Below, piece by piece: positions 34,887-35,875 of a stretch of 35,875 nt of DNA. The notes below the pieces were generated by a model. It saw only the letters and a program-made list of their open reading frames with translations, was not told where the DNA came from and did no database searches. The first letter of the stretch is position 1. Every line of letters begins with the position of its first letter. The translations under genes and the position numbers were made by a program. Origin of the DNA: Dehalococcoidales bacterium (lineage in GTDB: Bacteria > Chloroflexota > Dehalococcoidia > Dehalococcoidales > RBG-16-60-22). Location of the stretch: positions 1-35,875 of the forward strand of contig JBHIDQ010000001.1 in NCBI GenBank assembly GCA_046760155.1. The letters run 5' to 3'.

Positions 34887-35875
34887 ATGGAAATGATTAC
34901 TTTAACCATTGACTTTAAAAAGATCGAAGCCGGCGAGGAAATGACGGTGCTGGAGGCAGCGATAAAGGCGGGTATTTACATCCCGGCTTTATGCTACCAC
35001 CCCATGCTGACCCCCGACGGCTCCTGTCGGCTCTGTCTGGTTGAAATTGAGGGCATGGTTGAGCTCGCCACTGCCTGCAACACCAAAGTTTCTAGAGGCA
35101 TGGTGGTGCGTACTGACACCATTCAAGTATTGAAGGAACGCTGGGAGGCACTCAAAAAAGTCCTCGCCTATCATCCCTGTGAGTGCCTTATCTGCGAGCG
35201 CCGCGACCGCTGTGGACCCTATGACATCTGCCTGCGCAATGTGGCGGTAACCCAGCGCTGTGTGCTCTGCCCTTACAACGGGCAATGCGAATTGCAGCAG
35301 GTAGTTGATTACATCGGGCTGGAAGGAGAAGAGGTTGCCTGGCAGTACCGGGAGTTGCCGGTTGATAGAGATAACCCGCTTTATGAGCGTGATTATAATT
35401 TATGCATCAGCTGCGCCCGGTGCGTCAACGCCTGCAAGGAACTGCGGGGCATTGAAGCCATTACTATGATTGACCACGACGGGCAGCGCTGGCCTGAGCC
35501 ATCCGATGGTAAATCGCTCATCAGTTCCGGCTGCAAGTACTGCTGTGCCTGCGTTGAGGTCTGCCCGACCGGGGCTTTAATCGACAAGGATGCCAAGTGG
35601 CGACCGGAAATTAACCGTGAGGAGCTGACCAATCCCTGTAGCTACGCCTGCCCCGCTCATATTGATGTCCCCCGCTATGTCAGGCTCTGCGGTGAGGGAA
35701 AATTTGCCGAGGCGCTCGCCGTAATCAGGGAAAAAGTTCCCTTCCCTGGAGCCCTCGGCCGTGTTTGCATCCACCCCTGCGAACAGGCCTGCCGCCGCGA
35801 GGCTCTAAATGCGCCGATTTCGATAAAATTTCTCAAGTGGGCGGCGGCGGAACGTGATGACCAGCAATGGAAGCA
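34887..35875 (+). CDS. Multi-cluster Fe-S oxidoreductase: NuoG-N-terminus-like 2Fe-2S/4Fe-4S module fused to a GltD/NfnB-like module. 5' partial, running off the window end
   Basis: This ORF is not in the track because it has no stop before the window end. My own translation from ATG 34887 (SD gaggtg) gives MEMITLTIDFKKIEAGEEMTVLEAAIKAGIYIPALCYHP...GSCRLCLVEI (2Fe-2S). It continues with HPCECLICERRDRC, CISCARCVNAC and CKYCCACVEVCPTGAL (4Fe-4S). The last part, CPAHIDVPRY...GRVCIHPCEQACRR, is the GltD-type N-terminal Fe-S region. Confidence 0.85.
   Translation, partial: MEMITLTIDFKKIEAGEEMTVLEAAIKAGIYIPALCYHPMLTPDGSCRLCLVEIEGMVELATACNTKVSRGMVVRTDTIQVLKERWEALKKVLAYHPCECLICERRDRCGPYDICLRNVAVTQRCVLCPYNGQCELQQVVDYIGLEGEEVAWQYRELPVDRDNPLYERDYNLCISCARCVNACKELRGIEAITMIDHDGQRWPEPSDGKSLISSGCKYCCACVEVCPTGALIDKDAKWRPEINREELTNPCSYACPAHIDVPRYVRLCGEGKFAEALAVIREKVPFPGALGRVCIHPCEQACRREALNAPISIKFLKWAAAERDDQQWK

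Noticed and set aside
34989-35774. Three minus-strand ORFs (98, 79 and 65 aa) listed in the track.
   Set aside because: They are antisense shadows of the long open-ended plus-strand ORF, whose translation contains multiple canonical Fe-S motifs. The minus-strand products have no motifs or SDs.
1-35875. Search for defence systems, toxin-antitoxin pairs, prophage or transposon remnants, CRISPR arrays, and tRNA or rRNA genes.
   Set aside because: Every sizeable ORF has a metabolic, envelope or housekeeping assignment or is a simple membrane or hypothetical protein. I saw no inverted terminal repeats, integrase or transposase motifs, spaced direct-repeat arrays or cloverleaf-like sequences in the intergenic regions.

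Overview
This 35.9-kb window looks like ordinary chromosomal DNA from a strictly anaerobic bacterium. The gene content would fit a Chloroflexota/Dehalococcoidia-like lineage, but that is inference only and I cannot run a search. I found no rRNA, tRNA, CRISPR array, transposase, integrase or recognisable defence genes.

Layout, left to right:
- 70-5012: four genes encoding three PLP aminotransferases plus an Ldh_2-family oxidoreductase.
- 5013-5381: an intergenic region with an orphan intrinsic terminator and a duplicated 17-mer. One copy of the 17-mer is part of a consensus promoter.
- 5382-7429: a membrane-spanning XRE-HTH/TPR protein with three near-identical 102-bp repeats, followed by a surface protein with a Pro/Ala stalk and a C-terminal anchor.
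- 7531-13034 (minus strand): a hexosamine operon, glmM / two tandem GlmU-like nucleotidyltransferases / glmS.
- 13109-17432 (minus strand): a GC-rich orphan TPP enzyme, an M50 site-2 protease with CBS domains, and thiC behind a textbook TPP riboswitch.
- 17502-19917: a TauE/SafE permease, a small 4-TM protein and htpX.
- 19954-34053 (plus strand): a roughly 14-kb Wood-Ljungdahl super-operon, cooC-fhs-acsV(RACo)-cooC-folD-orf72-acsD-acsA-acsB-acsC-acsE. It ends in GC-rich hairpins.
- 34202-35875: a hypothetical (possibly DUF3786-like) gene and an open-ended ORF for a fused Fe-S/GltD-like oxidoreductase. The supplied ORF track misses this last ORF.

I could not identify a clear-cut new system. 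The best candidates for something undescribed are:
- the aminotransferase/Ldh_2 module;
- the uncharacterised members of the acs operon (the 72-aa charged protein, the 221-aa protein and the fused Fe-S flavoprotein), together with the absence of metF;
- the HTH-TM-TPR regulator paired with the surface protein.

All functional calls come from motifs read by eye in the translations. None has been checked against a database.
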